Assembly: GCA_015655415.1 (NCBI GenBank)
Contig: JAATFB010000025.1
Coordinates: 5,237-69,236 of the forward strand
Length of the DNA stretch: 64,000 bases
Reading direction: 5' to 3'
DNA from: Actinomycetales bacterium
GTDB lineage: Bacteria > Actinomycetota > Actinomycetes > Actinomycetales > Microbacteriaceae
Shown here: in pieces, positions 49,219-59,251 of the stretch
Numbering within the stretch: the first letter of the stretch is position 1
Layout: each line of letters begins with the position of its first letter
Position numbers and translations under genes: made by a program
The notes under the pieces: model-generated
Database searches by the model: none
Told to the model about the DNA's origin: nothing
Seen by the model: only the letters and a program-made list of their open reading frames with translations

Positions 49219-49245
49219 CTAGCGACGACAACAGCTCAGGAACAC
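49219..49245 (-). CDS. cysteine-containing leader peptide MFLSCCRR (alternative start 49254: MEVVFLSCCRR)
   Basis: GTG TTC CTG AGC TGT TGT CGT CGC TAG; GTG lies 7 nt after a TAGGGT -10-like box (leaderless); 115 nt upstream of cbs. Confidence 0.75.
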   Translation of the reverse strand: MFLSCCRR

Positions 49246-49349
49246 GACCTCCACCCTATACTCGGCCGGCCGCGGCACGCCAGACAGGCGATCGACGCCG
49301 CACGTGGTCGCCGACCGCCCGGGGCCCGGCCGTCCTTAGACTGAGCCGC

Positions 49350-50156
49350 ATGTCCGTATCGTCGCTCACGAACGTCGCGCAGGACTACCTGAAGGTGATC
49401 TGGGCGGCGGGCGAATGGGAGCCGGTCCCGGTGACGGTGACAGCACTGGCGGCCCGCATGGGGGTGCGGGCGGCGACGGTGAGCGACGGCATCCGGCGGC
49501 TCACCGAGCAGGGGTTCCTCGTGCACGAGCCGTACGGGGCGGTCGAGCTGACTGAGGCGGGCAGGAGGCACGCCCTCGCCATGGTGCGCAGGCACCGCCT
49601 CATCGAGACCTTCTTGGTGGAGATGCTGGGGTACCCGTGGGACCAGGTGCACGATGAGGCCGAGGTGCTGGAGCACGCCGTCTCCGACACCCTCGTCGAT
49701 CGGATCGACGCGGCTCTCGGGCATCCAGCGCGCGATCCGCACGGCGATCCGATCCCCACGGCCGAGGGCGACCCCCGCAGGCCGGACGCTACCCGGCTGA
49801 CGAAGGCGCGGCCGAACGCGCCGCACCGCGTGGTGCGCATCTCGGACGCCGACCCGGCCGTGCTGCGGTACCTCGGCGAGCGCGGCATCCGCCTGGACGC
49901 TCGTGTGACGGTGCTGGAGGCGCGCTCGTTCGCCGGCGACGTGGTGCTCGCGGTCGACGGAGATGTCCCCCTGACGGTGGGGGTCGTGGCCGCCGATGCG
50001 ATCTGGGTGAGCGCCGTACGCGACCCCGGGCCCTCGGGCGGCGATCATCCAGCGGCAGCGGCGGCCGGAGCCTCCGTGGATTCGGCGGCCTCGGGCGGCA
50101 CCAGAGGAACGGCGACGAGCGGCGCCAGCGCCGACAACGCGAACGCCACGGGGTAG
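49350..50156 (+). CDS. DtxR/MntR-family metal-dependent regulator with FeoA domain
   Basis: QDYLKVIW, ATVS, PYGAVELT..G, RRHRLIETFL, VHDEAEVLEH, DPHGDPIP; TAGACT 7 nt upstream of ATG (leaderless). Confidence 0.92.
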   Translation: MSVSSLTNVAQDYLKVIWAAGEWEPVPVTVTALAARMGVRAATVSDGIRRLTEQGFLVHEPYGAVELTEAGRRHALAMVRRHRLIETFLVEMLGYPWDQVHDEAEVLEHAVSDTLVDRIDAALGHPARDPHGDPIPTAEGDPRRPDATRLTKARPNAPHRVVRISDADPAVLRYLGERGIRLDARVTVLEARSFAGDVVLAVDGDVPLTVGVVAADAIWVSAVRDPGPSGGDHPAAAAAGASVDSAASGGTRGTATSGASADNANATG

Positions 50157-51289
50157 CCGACGAGGGAGATCAGGCCTCCCACGGCCGGTCCGACGATCGA
50201 GGCCGCCAGGAACTGCCCGGTGTTCTGCGTGCCCAGCGCCCGTCCCGACCAGAACGGTCCCGCGATCTCGGCGACCGCGGTGTAGGCCAGCCCGTTGTCC
50301 GCGACGGTGATCGTCGCCGCCGCGATCAACGCCGCCGCACCGAGCCACGCCGGCGCGGCATCGCCGAACGCGAGGATGATCATCGTCGCGGCGGCCGTCA
50401 ACGCCACCCAGCGCAGGGGCCGCAGCCGGCTGCCCACCCGGTCCGAGAGCACACCGATCGCGACCCGTCCGAGCGCGCCGACGACCTGGGAGACCCCCAC
50501 CACGATGCCCGCCGCCACGGGTGCCATGCCTCGATCCGCCGTGAGCCACACCAGCCCGAAGATCGAGACGGTGAACTGGGGCACCACGAGAAGCGCTGAG
50601 GCCAGGTGGATCCGCGCCAGACCGGCCCCGCCTCGATACGGGTTGGCAGGACGGTGCCCCACCCCGGCATCGCGCCGTGCCGGACGCGGCGGGTCCACGA
50701 TGACGACCGCACTCACGACGGCCGAGACCGCCGTCACGACCAGCGGGAGAGCCATCGCCGTCGAGACGCCGCCGGAGGCCGCCAGCGGCGGGATCGCGAC
50801 CGCGGCGGCCGCGACCCCCAACGGCTGGCACATCTGCCGGATGCCCATGGCGAGACCCCTGCGCTCCTTCGGGAACCAGCCGACCACGACACGTCCGCTC
50901 GCCGCGTTCGTGCTGCCGGACGCCGCGCCGCCCAGCAGCAGGAAGCCGCCGAGCCCGAGGTATCCCGAGGCCGTCATGGCCCCGACCGCGGCAAGGGCGG
51001 TCAGAGCCATCCCTGCCGCGATCACCCAGCGCTCCCCGACGCGGTCGGTCAGCGCGCCCCACGCCACCAGCGTCAGCACGAGCCCGAGCGTTGGGGCGGA
51101 TGCCAGCAGTCCGGCCTGCGCCAGCGGCACGCCTCGCTCGGTGTGCAGCAGAGGGATGAGGAACGCCGGCGCGGACTGGAACACCGTGCCGGCGGCCTGC
51201 GCCAGCACAGCCGTCGCGAGCATGAGCCACGGCCGAGCGGATCCCGTGCGGGGCGTCGATGCGGGGTGTGCTGGTCGTCTCGTCGCCAT
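50045..51289 (-). CDS. MFS transporter
   Basis: About 12 TM segments; WGALTDRVGER, GWFPKERRGLAMGIRQ, GRALGTQNT. Confidence 0.88.
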   Translation of the reverse strand: MATRRPAHPASTPRTGSARPWLMLATAVLAQAAGTVFQSAPAFLIPLLHTERGVPLAQAGLLASAPTLGLVLTLVAWGALTDRVGERWVIAAGMALTALAAVGAMTASGYLGLGGFLLLGGAASGSTNAASGRVVVGWFPKERRGLAMGIRQMCQPLGVAAAAVAIPPLAASGGVSTAMALPLVVTAVSAVVSAVVIVDPPRPARRDAGVGHRPANPYRGGAGLARIHLASALLVVPQFTVSIFGLVWLTADRGMAPVAAGIVVGVSQVVGALGRVAIGVLSDRVGSRLRPLRWVALTAAATMIILAFGDAAPAWLGAAALIAAATITVADNGLAYTAVAEIAGPFWSGRALGTQNTGQFLAASIVGPAVGGLISLVGYPVAFALSALAPLVAVPLVPPEAAESTEAPAAAAAG

Positions 51290-51340
51290 GAGGCTCTCCT
51301 CGCCGTGCGGTCGACCGACCGTGACTCGTGCTCGTACGGG

Positions 51341-51358
51341 ATACCATACTGGTATACC
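51341..51358. promoter_or_regulatory. putative FadR/GntR operator
   Basis: ATACCA-tac-TGGTAT and GGTATACC palindromes between the divergent MFS and GntR genes. Confidence 0.6.
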
Positions 51359-51560
51359 GAATCGTCGGCAACTCGCTCGCCCGTCGCCGGCCGCGTTGTG
51401 AGCGAGGCGCCACGAATCCCAGGCTTGCGCCGGGGCGAGTCGTGCGAGCCTCGCGCAGGATGGGGTGGGCGGAAGTGCCGCGCCCCGCCCATACTGGATG
51501 GACCGCACGGCGCCGGTCCTCCTCCGGCCGGCGCACCTCCACGACCCGGGACGGGCATCC

Positions 51561-52238
51561 ATGCAAGGCGCCTCACAGACCGAACAGGTCTACGACCACG
51601 TGCGTCAGGCCATCCTGTCGCTGGACATCGTGCCCGGGGCGCGGCTGAGCGAGCGAGGCCTCGAGGCCGAGTTCGGCGCCTCCCGCACCCCCATCCGCGC
51701 CGCGCTGATGCGGCTCCAGGGCGAGGGCCTCGTCGCCCTGGACGGACGCAGCTGGCAGGCCACCCCGATCGACCTCGACGAGGTGACCGCCCTCGCGGAG
51801 TTCCGCGAGGCCGTCGAGTCGGCCGCCGCACGGCTGGCGTGCACCAGGGCGTCGGACGCCGCACTCGACGCGTTCGCCGCCCAGGTCGAGGCCGCCGGAC
51901 CGGACCCGGGCGACGAGCGCTCCGGCATGCGGCGCGGCTCGGACTTCCACGAGGGGCTCGCCGCGCTGAGCGCCAACGCCTTCATCGTCCAGGCGGTCGC
52001 CGACACGGTGACACGGATGGCCCGCGCCCGCTGGCTCGAGATGCGCACCGAGGAGGGCAGGGCGGCGGCATGGCGGGAGCACGCCGCCATCGCCGATGCG
52101 ATCCGGCGGCGTGACGCCGAGGCCGCCGGCTCGGCGATCGCCCGGCACACGCAGGCCAACCTCGAGCGCCTGCTCGCCTCGATCCGTTCCGATCGCCGGG
52201 CGTTCGGCGCCCGCGGGCTGCGGATCGTCGGCGAGTGA
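51561..52238 (+). CDS. GntR family regulator (FCD/FadR subfamily)
   Basis: PGARLSE, SRTPIRAAL..L..EGLV, DFH, EHAAI. Confidence 0.9.
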   Translation: MQGASQTEQVYDHVRQAILSLDIVPGARLSERGLEAEFGASRTPIRAALMRLQGEGLVALDGRSWQATPIDLDEVTALAEFREAVESAAARLACTRASDAALDAFAAQVEAAGPDPGDERSGMRRGSDFHEGLAALSANAFIVQAVADTVTRMARARWLEMRTEEGRAAAWREHAAIADAIRRRDAEAAGSAIARHTQANLERLLASIRSDRRAFGARGLRIVGE

Positions 52239-52302
52239 CCCGCACGATGCGGCCATCCCGGCACACCGCGCGGCCCCCGGGCACGTGAAGTAGCGTCACG
52301 AC

Positions 52303-53205
52303 GTGGAATTGCGTCAGCTCGAACACTTCATCGCCGTCGCCGAGGCGAGGCACTTCACGAAGGCCGCCCGGTCGCTCAACATCTCGCAGTCCGGGCTCTC
52401 CGCCTCGATCAGGGCACTGGAGGCGGAGCTCGGCACCGAGCTGTTCCTGCGCAGCACCCGCAAGGTGGAGTTGACGCAGGCCGGCCGCGCGCTGTTCGGG
52501 GAGTCGGTTCGCACCGTCGCCAGCGCCGCAGCGGCACGCGAGGCCGTGGTCGCCGTGCGCGAGGTGCTCTCCGGCACCCTGTCGGTGGGCTCGGAGCAGT
52601 GCCTCGGCCTCTGCGACATCGCGGCCGAGCTGGCGGACTTCCGGTCCCGCCACCCCGGGGTTCGGGTGCGCCTCGGGTTCGCGGGCTCGGCGAGGCTGAT
52701 CGACGAGGTGGCGTCCGGTCGGATCGATGTCGCGCTCATCGCGGAGTGCGGCGTCGACGCCCTGGGAGTCACGGTGCGACGGGTGTCCACCGAGCCGTTC
52801 ACGGTGCTGTGCGGCAGAGAGCACTCGCTCGCGTCGCGCACCTCGGTGACGCTCGATGATCTCGCGCGCGAGACGATGGTCGCCTTTCAGGGCGACTGGG
52901 GTGCACGACTCCTGGTCGACCGAGCCCTGTCCGGTGTCCGGGCGCACCGCACTGCCGAGTTCGCGAGCCGTACCGCCGACCTGGAGACGAACGACGTGCA
53001 CTCCCTGCTCGACCTCGTCCAGTACGGTTTGGGGGTCGCAGTCGTGCCCGCGCACTTCGCCGGGAAACGGCCCGATGCGCTCGCATCCGTACCCCTGGAT
53101 GCACCCGGACTGGAATGGTCGGTGGCCGTGGCGACCGCCGAGATCGTCAGCCCGGCCGCTCAGGCGTTCCTCGCCCAGCTGGAGGGGTCCGCCCTCGCCG
53201 CGTGA
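52303..53205 (+). CDS. LysR family transcriptional regulator
   Basis: MELRQLEHFIAVAE..HFTKAA..LNISQSGLS..LEAELG..LF.RSTR. Confidence 0.93.
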   Translation: MELRQLEHFIAVAEARHFTKAARSLNISQSGLSASIRALEAELGTELFLRSTRKVELTQAGRALFGESVRTVASAAAAREAVVAVREVLSGTLSVGSEQCLGLCDIAAELADFRSRHPGVRVRLGFAGSARLIDEVASGRIDVALIAECGVDALGVTVRRVSTEPFTVLCGREHSLASRTSVTLDDLARETMVAFQGDWGARLLVDRALSGVRAHRTAEFASRTADLETNDVHSLLDLVQYGLGVAVVPAHFAGKRPDALASVPLDAPGLEWSVAVATAEIVSPAAQAFLAQLEGSALAA

Positions 53206-53268
53206 GCGAGAGCGGACCCTCCGGGCCGGTGGCCCGGCTCCTCGGGTCTCGCGCGCCGAGCGGCGCCT

Positions 53269-54243
<975 letters not shown>

Positions 54244-54368
54244 GCATCCAGCTTCCGGCGGCGGGATTGTCGCGTCCAACGGAAAGATTCGATGGGTTCC
54301 TGCGCTCGGGGTTCTGAATCCGGCCACGGTCCCCTGAGGGTGCTGACGACGACCACCCCGCCGCGCGC

Positions 54369-54395
54369 TGCAAGCGTTTGACGCAAACGCTTACA
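54369..54395. promoter_or_regulatory. tandem LacI-family operators TGCAAGCGTTTGAC / CGCAAACGCTTACA
   Basis: Two adjacent AAGCGTTT/AAACGCTT cores upstream of a sugar ABC operon that ends in a LacI gene. Confidence 0.65.
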
Positions 54396-54546
54396 TTTTG
54401 GGCTCGAACCCGGCTATCGTGCCGGTAGGGGGTGGAGTCGTCGGGCGCGTGCCTGTGCCGTCGCCGCTCCCTGCACCACGGGCCCACAAGGCCGCGGTAG
54501 CGATGCACCACACTGCACCAAGCATCACGCTCAAAGAGGAGTGGAC

Positions 54547-55839
54547 ATGAGAAGAGCGCGCAAGACGACACTGCGGCTGTCGGGACTCGCCGGCATCGCA
54601 GTGCTCGGCATGGTCCTGGCGGGTTGTTCGGGCGGCGGCGGTTCGGGTGACCCGAAGTCGCAGAACCTGGACGGCAAGGGACCCATCACCTACGTGCAGG
54701 GCAAGGACAACAGCAATGTCGTGCGCCCGCTGATCGCGAAGTGGAACAAGGCCCACCCCGACGAGAAGGTCACGTTCAAGGAGCAGTCCGACCAGGCCGA
54801 CCAGCAGCACGACGACCTGGTGCAGAACTTCCAGGCCAAGAACGCGAACTACGACGTCGTCGACGTCGACGTGGTGTGGACGGCCGAGTTCGCCGCGAAA
54901 GGTTGGCTGCAGCCGCTGACCGGATCGCTGAAGATCGACACGTCGAAGCTGTTCAAGCCGACCGTGGCCACCGCCACCTACAACGGCACCCTGTACGCCG
55001 CGCCGCAGACCAGCGACGGCGGGCTGCTCTACTACCGCACCGACCTGGTGAAGACGCCGCCGACGTCGTGGGACGAGATGATGAAGGACTGCGACATCGC
55101 GAAGCAGGCCGGCATCGGATGCTACGCGGGCCAGTTCGCGCAGTACGAGGGTCTGACCGTGAACACGGCCGAGGCGATCAACACCGCCGGCGGCACGATC
55201 GTGGGCAAGGACGGCAAGAGCCCGACCGTCGACTCGGCCGACGCGAAGAAGGGTCTTCAGCGCCTGGTCGACGGCTTCAAGAACGGCGACATCCCGGCCG
55301 ATGCGATCACCTATCAGGAGGAGCAGGGCCGGCAGGCGTTCGAGGCGGGCAAGCTGCTGTTCCTGCGCAACTGGCCGTATGTGTACAGCCTCGCGAAGAC
55401 CGACGGCTCCAGCGTCGTGAAGGACAAGTTCGCCGTGGCGCCGCTGCCGGGCAACGGGAACGGCAAGCCCGGCGCCTCGAGCCTGGGCGGCCACAACGCG
55501 GCGATCAGCGTGTACTCGAAGCACAAGCAGACGGCGCACGACTTCATCGAGTTCCTACAGAGCGAGCAGACACAGAAGTTCTTCATGACACAGGGCTCGC
55601 TCGCCCCGGTGCTCGCGTCGCTGTACGACGACTCGGAGCTGAACTCCAAGTTCGGTTACCTGAGCACGCTCAAGAAGTCCATCGAGTCCGCCGTGCCGCG
55701 CCCCGTGACGCCGTTCTACCCGGCGGTCACGAAGGCCATCCAAGACAACGCCTACGCCGCGCTCAAGGGCAACAAGAGCGTTGACACCGCGCTGAAGGAC
55801 ATGTCCGACGCGATCAAGGCGGCAGGCTCGGGCAGCTAG
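54547..55839 (+). CDS. sugar ABC solute-binding lipoprotein (trehalose/maltose-type)
   Basis: GAGGAG RBS; lipobox LAGC; DVVWTAEFAAKGW, GLLYYRTDL, QYEGLTVN, RNWPY, LGGHN, PRPVTPFY. Confidence 0.9.
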   Translation: MRRARKTTLRLSGLAGIAVLGMVLAGCSGGGGSGDPKSQNLDGKGPITYVQGKDNSNVVRPLIAKWNKAHPDEKVTFKEQSDQADQQHDDLVQNFQAKNANYDVVDVDVVWTAEFAAKGWLQPLTGSLKIDTSKLFKPTVATATYNGTLYAAPQTSDGGLLYYRTDLVKTPPTSWDEMMKDCDIAKQAGIGCYAGQFAQYEGLTVNTAEAINTAGGTIVGKDGKSPTVDSADAKKGLQRLVDGFKNGDIPADAITYQEEQGRQAFEAGKLLFLRNWPYVYSLAKTDGSSVVKDKFAVAPLPGNGNGKPGASSLGGHNAAISVYSKHKQTAHDFIEFLQSEQTQKFFMTQGSLAPVLASLYDDSELNSKFGYLSTLKKSIESAVPRPVTPFYPAVTKAIQDNAYAALKGNKSVDTALKDMSDAIKAAGSGS

Positions 55840-55925
55840 CCGCACCGGCGGGGTCGACGGCAGGGCATCCGCTCGCCGCCGGCCCCGCCCCGACCCTGCA
55901 TCGGTTTCACCCACGGGAGGCGTGC

Positions 55926-56945
55926 ATGTCAACGGAGACGGCAACACCGCTGGGCACGGTGGCTCGGCCACCGCGTTCCGGGCTCAAGAAACAACAACGC
56001 GGGCAGGCGCGCTGGGCGATCTGGCTGATCCTGCCGACCATGGCATTGCTGGCGGTCGTGATCGGCTACCCGATCGTGAGCGCCATCGTGATGTCGTTCC
56101 AGAAGGATGCCGGACTCGACTCGTCCACCGGCATGTTCGTACAGGGCGGCTTCGCCGGCTTCCAGAACTACGCGCACTGGCTGCTGCAGCAGTGCGCGTC
56201 CTCCGGCGGCACGGTCGCGTGCCCGCCCGGCAGCCTCGGCGCCCAGTTCTGGAACGCCGTCGGGGTCACGTTCTTCTTCACGGTCGTCACGGTGATCCTG
56301 GAGACGGTCTTCGGGCTGTGGATGGCGATCATCATGAACCGGGCGTTCCGCGGTCGTGGCATCGTGCGCGCCGCGATCCTGGTGCCCTGGGCCATCCCCA
56401 CCGCGGTCACCGCGAAGCTGTGGTTCTTCATCTTCTCGGCGGCCGGTGTAGCCAACGCGCTGATCGGCCAGCGCATCCTCTGGGTGAGCGGCGAGTGGTC
56501 CTCGCGCTGGGCGATCATCATCGCCGACACGTGGAAGACGACGCCCTTCATGGCGCTGCTGATCCTGGCAGGGCTGCAGCTCATCCCCGACGAGGTGAAC
56601 GAGGCGGCCAAGGTCGACGGCGCCTCGACCGTCCAGCGGTTCTGGCGGGTGACGCTTCCGCTGGTGAAGCCGGCGCTGATGGTGGCGGTGCTGTTCCGCA
56701 TCCTCGACGCGCTGCGCATCTACGACCTGCCCGCCATCCTCACCGGCGGCGGCGGCGGGAGCGGCAACGCGACCACCACGCTGTCGATCCTGGTCGTGCA
56801 GCAGATCCGCCAGGGCCCGAACAGCGCATCGGCGCTGTCGACCATCACGTTCATCATCATCTTCCTGGTCGCGTTCATCTTCGTCCGATTCCTCGGCGCG
56901 AACGTGGTGCGAACCCAGGAGTCCCAGCAGAAGGGCACGCTATGA
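55926..56945 (+). CDS. carbohydrate ABC permease
   Basis: LVPWAIP, DTWKTTPFMALLILAGLQ, EAAKVDGA. Confidence 0.92.
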   Translation: MSTETATPLGTVARPPRSGLKKQQRGQARWAIWLILPTMALLAVVIGYPIVSAIVMSFQKDAGLDSSTGMFVQGGFAGFQNYAHWLLQQCASSGGTVACPPGSLGAQFWNAVGVTFFFTVVTVILETVFGLWMAIIMNRAFRGRGIVRAAILVPWAIPTAVTAKLWFFIFSAAGVANALIGQRILWVSGEWSSRWAIIIADTWKTTPFMALLILAGLQLIPDEVNEAAKVDGASTVQRFWRVTLPLVKPALMVAVLFRILDALRIYDLPAILTGGGGGSGNATTTLSILVVQQIRQGPNSASALSTITFIIIFLVAFIFVRFLGANVVRTQESQQKGTL

Positions 56946-57865
56946 GCGCCATCGCGGGTCCGGCGGCGGCCACCGCGGAGGGCCGCGCGCTGCGACTGGA
57001 GAGGACCGGCACCGCCAACAAGGTGGGCAAGCGCAGGCGGCGGAATCAGAGCATCCGAACCGCCATCAGCGCGATCGTCATCGTCGTCTGGTGCGTCGCG
57101 CCGTTCTACTGGATGATCGTCACCTCGTTCCGCGACGTGGGGTTCACCTTCGACACCACACCCTGGTTCACCCACTTCACGTGGGACAACTACGTGACCG
57201 CGCTGTCCACGAACCTCGGCAACCACCTGGGGCGCGCCCTGCTGAACAGCCTCATCATCGGCGCCGTGACCACCGTGATCTGCCTGCTGTTCGGGATCTT
57301 CGCCGCGTATGCGCTCGCCAGGCTGGACTTCAGGTTCAAGGGCATCGTGATGGGGGTCATCCTGGGGGCGTCGATGTTCCCGGGAGTCGCCCTGCTCACC
57401 CCGCTGTTCCAGCTGTTCACCAGCTGGGGCTGGATCGGCACCTACCAGGCGCTGATCCTTCCGGACATCTCGTTCGCGCTGCCGCTGACCGTCTACACGC
57501 TCACCTCGTTCTTCCGCGAGATGCCGTGGGACCTGGAGGAGGCGGCGCGCATCGACGGATGCACGCCCGCGCAGGCGTTCCGCAAGATCATCCTGCCGCT
57601 GGCCGCGCCCGCGGTGTTCACCACGGCGATCCTGGCGTTCATCGCCAGCTGGAACGAATACCTCATCGCGAGCCAGCTGACCACGGACGCCACGCAGACC
57701 GTCACGGTGGCGATCGCCGGGTTCACCGGAAGCCAGCCGCACCAGGAGCCGTACACCGCGGTCATGGCCGCCGGCGTCGTCGTCACGATCCCGTTGGTCA
57801 TCCTGGTGCTCATCTTCCAGCGCCGCATCGTGGCCGGCCTGACCGCCGGCGGCGTGAAGGGATAG
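56942..57865 (+). CDS. carbohydrate ABC permease
   Basis: APFYWMI, AAYALARL, EEAARIDG, WNEY; ATGA overlap. Confidence 0.92.
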   Translation: MSAIAGPAAATAEGRALRLERTGTANKVGKRRRRNQSIRTAISAIVIVVWCVAPFYWMIVTSFRDVGFTFDTTPWFTHFTWDNYVTALSTNLGNHLGRALLNSLIIGAVTTVICLLFGIFAAYALARLDFRFKGIVMGVILGASMFPGVALLTPLFQLFTSWGWIGTYQALILPDISFALPLTVYTLTSFFREMPWDLEEAARIDGCTPAQAFRKIILPLAAPAVFTTAILAFIASWNEYLIASQLTTDATQTVTVAIAGFTGSQPHQEPYTAVMAAGVVVTIPLVILVLIFQRRIVAGLTAGGVKG

Positions 57866-57868
57866 GCC

Positions 57869-58189
57869 ATGCGCGGCATCCGCGTGATGGGCAGCGGCGC
57901 GCAGCGCGACCCGCGCGAGACGCTCGACGTCGTCATCGGCGCCGTCGCGTTCTTCGCGTTCGCGTTCCTCGTGATCACCGTCGTCGCCGAGGTCACGGGC
58001 CAGGACGCCCTGGGCTGGGCGCTCACGCTCCTCGCCTTCGTCGTGCTCCTGGCGCTGCTCGTCGCCGGCCGCCGGCGCATGACGCGCACGCTCGCGGTGC
58101 GCCGGACCGATGCCGCTCGTGCCGCCGACGACCTGCCCCTCGACATGCTGGGCTCGCCCGACGGCGGGAGGGGCGCCGTACGCCGCTAG
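57869..58189 (+). CDS. small hypothetical membrane protein (2 TM)
   Basis: Two hydrophobic helices; sits tightly between the permease and LacI genes. Confidence 0.65.
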   Translation: MRGIRVMGSGAQRDPRETLDVVIGAVAFFAFAFLVITVVAEVTGQDALGWALTLLAFVVLLALLVAGRRRMTRTLAVRRTDAARAADDLPLDMLGSPDGGRGAVRR

Positions 58190-58197
58190 GCCCCGCC

Positions 58198-59211
58198 ATG
58201 ACCAGCATCGACGACGTCGCGCGCGCCAGCGGCGTGTCCACCGCGACGGTGTCCCGGGCGCTCCGCGGGCTGCCGAACGTCTCGCCGGCGACCCGCGAGG
58301 TCGTCAGGCAGGCGGCCGACGATCTCGGGTACGTTCCCTCCGCAGGCGCGGCGGGGCTGGCATCCGGCCGCACCCTGGCCATGGGTGCCGTGGTCCCCTC
58401 GGTGAGCCGATGGTTCTACACCGCGGTGCTGGAGGGCGTGGATCACGAGCTGCGCGCCGCGAGCTACGACCTCATCCTCTTCAACCTCGGCGGGCGCGGG
58501 GGCGACAGGTCGCGCGTCTTCCATCGATCCATCCTGCGCAAACGCACCGACGCGCTCGTGGCGCTGTGTCTCGACTTCAACGCCGAGGAGCGGCGCCAGC
58601 TGACCTCCACCGGGCATCCGACGATCGTGGTCGGCGGGCCGGTTCGCGGGCTGCGGCACATCGGCATCGACGACCTCGGCGTCGCCCACGCGGGCACCAG
58701 GCACCTGATCGACCTCGGCCACGCCGACATCGCCCTGCTCGCCGGCGAAGACGAGGAGGGGCTGAACCGGTCGGTTCCGAGAGCCCGGCGCGCCGGTTGG
58801 GAACGCGCGCTGACATCGGCAGGGCTGCCGGTGCGTCAGGATCGCGTGCTGCTCGGCCGGTTCGACGTGGAGACGAGCCGGCGCGCCATCGACGCGATGC
58901 TGGACGCCGACGAACCGCATCCGACGGCGATCTTCGCCGGCAGCGACGAGATGGCGATGGGCGCGATGCTCTCGCTGTGGGCGCACGGACTGCAGGTGCC
59001 ACGCGACATCTCGGTGGTCGGCATCGACGGGCATCCGCTGTCACGCGCCTTCTCGTTCAGCACGTTCGCCCAGGATCCGTTCGCACAGGGCGCGGCGGCG
59101 GCACGGATGCTGCTCGACGTGCTCGCCGGGCGACGCACCGCCCCGCGCTCGGTGCGGCATCCGGTGCGATTCGTGGACCGCGGAAGCACCGCGCCTCCGC
59201 CCCTCCTGTGA
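58198..59211 (+). CDS. LacI family transcriptional regulator
   Basis: TSIDDVARASGVSTATVSRALRG, LGYVPS, SDEMA.G, VPRDISVVGID. Confidence 0.92.
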   Translation: MTSIDDVARASGVSTATVSRALRGLPNVSPATREVVRQAADDLGYVPSAGAAGLASGRTLAMGAVVPSVSRWFYTAVLEGVDHELRAASYDLILFNLGGRGGDRSRVFHRSILRKRTDALVALCLDFNAEERRQLTSTGHPTIVVGGPVRGLRHIGIDDLGVAHAGTRHLIDLGHADIALLAGEDEEGLNRSVPRARRAGWERALTSAGLPVRQDRVLLGRFDVETSRRAIDAMLDADEPHPTAIFAGSDEMAMGAMLSLWAHGLQVPRDISVVGIDGHPLSRAFSFSTFAQDPFAQGAAAARMLLDVLAGRRTAPRSVRHPVRFVDRGSTAPPPLL

Positions 59212-59251
59212 CCGGCCGAGCTCCCGCACGAGAGGGTCGCGTGGGCCGCCG

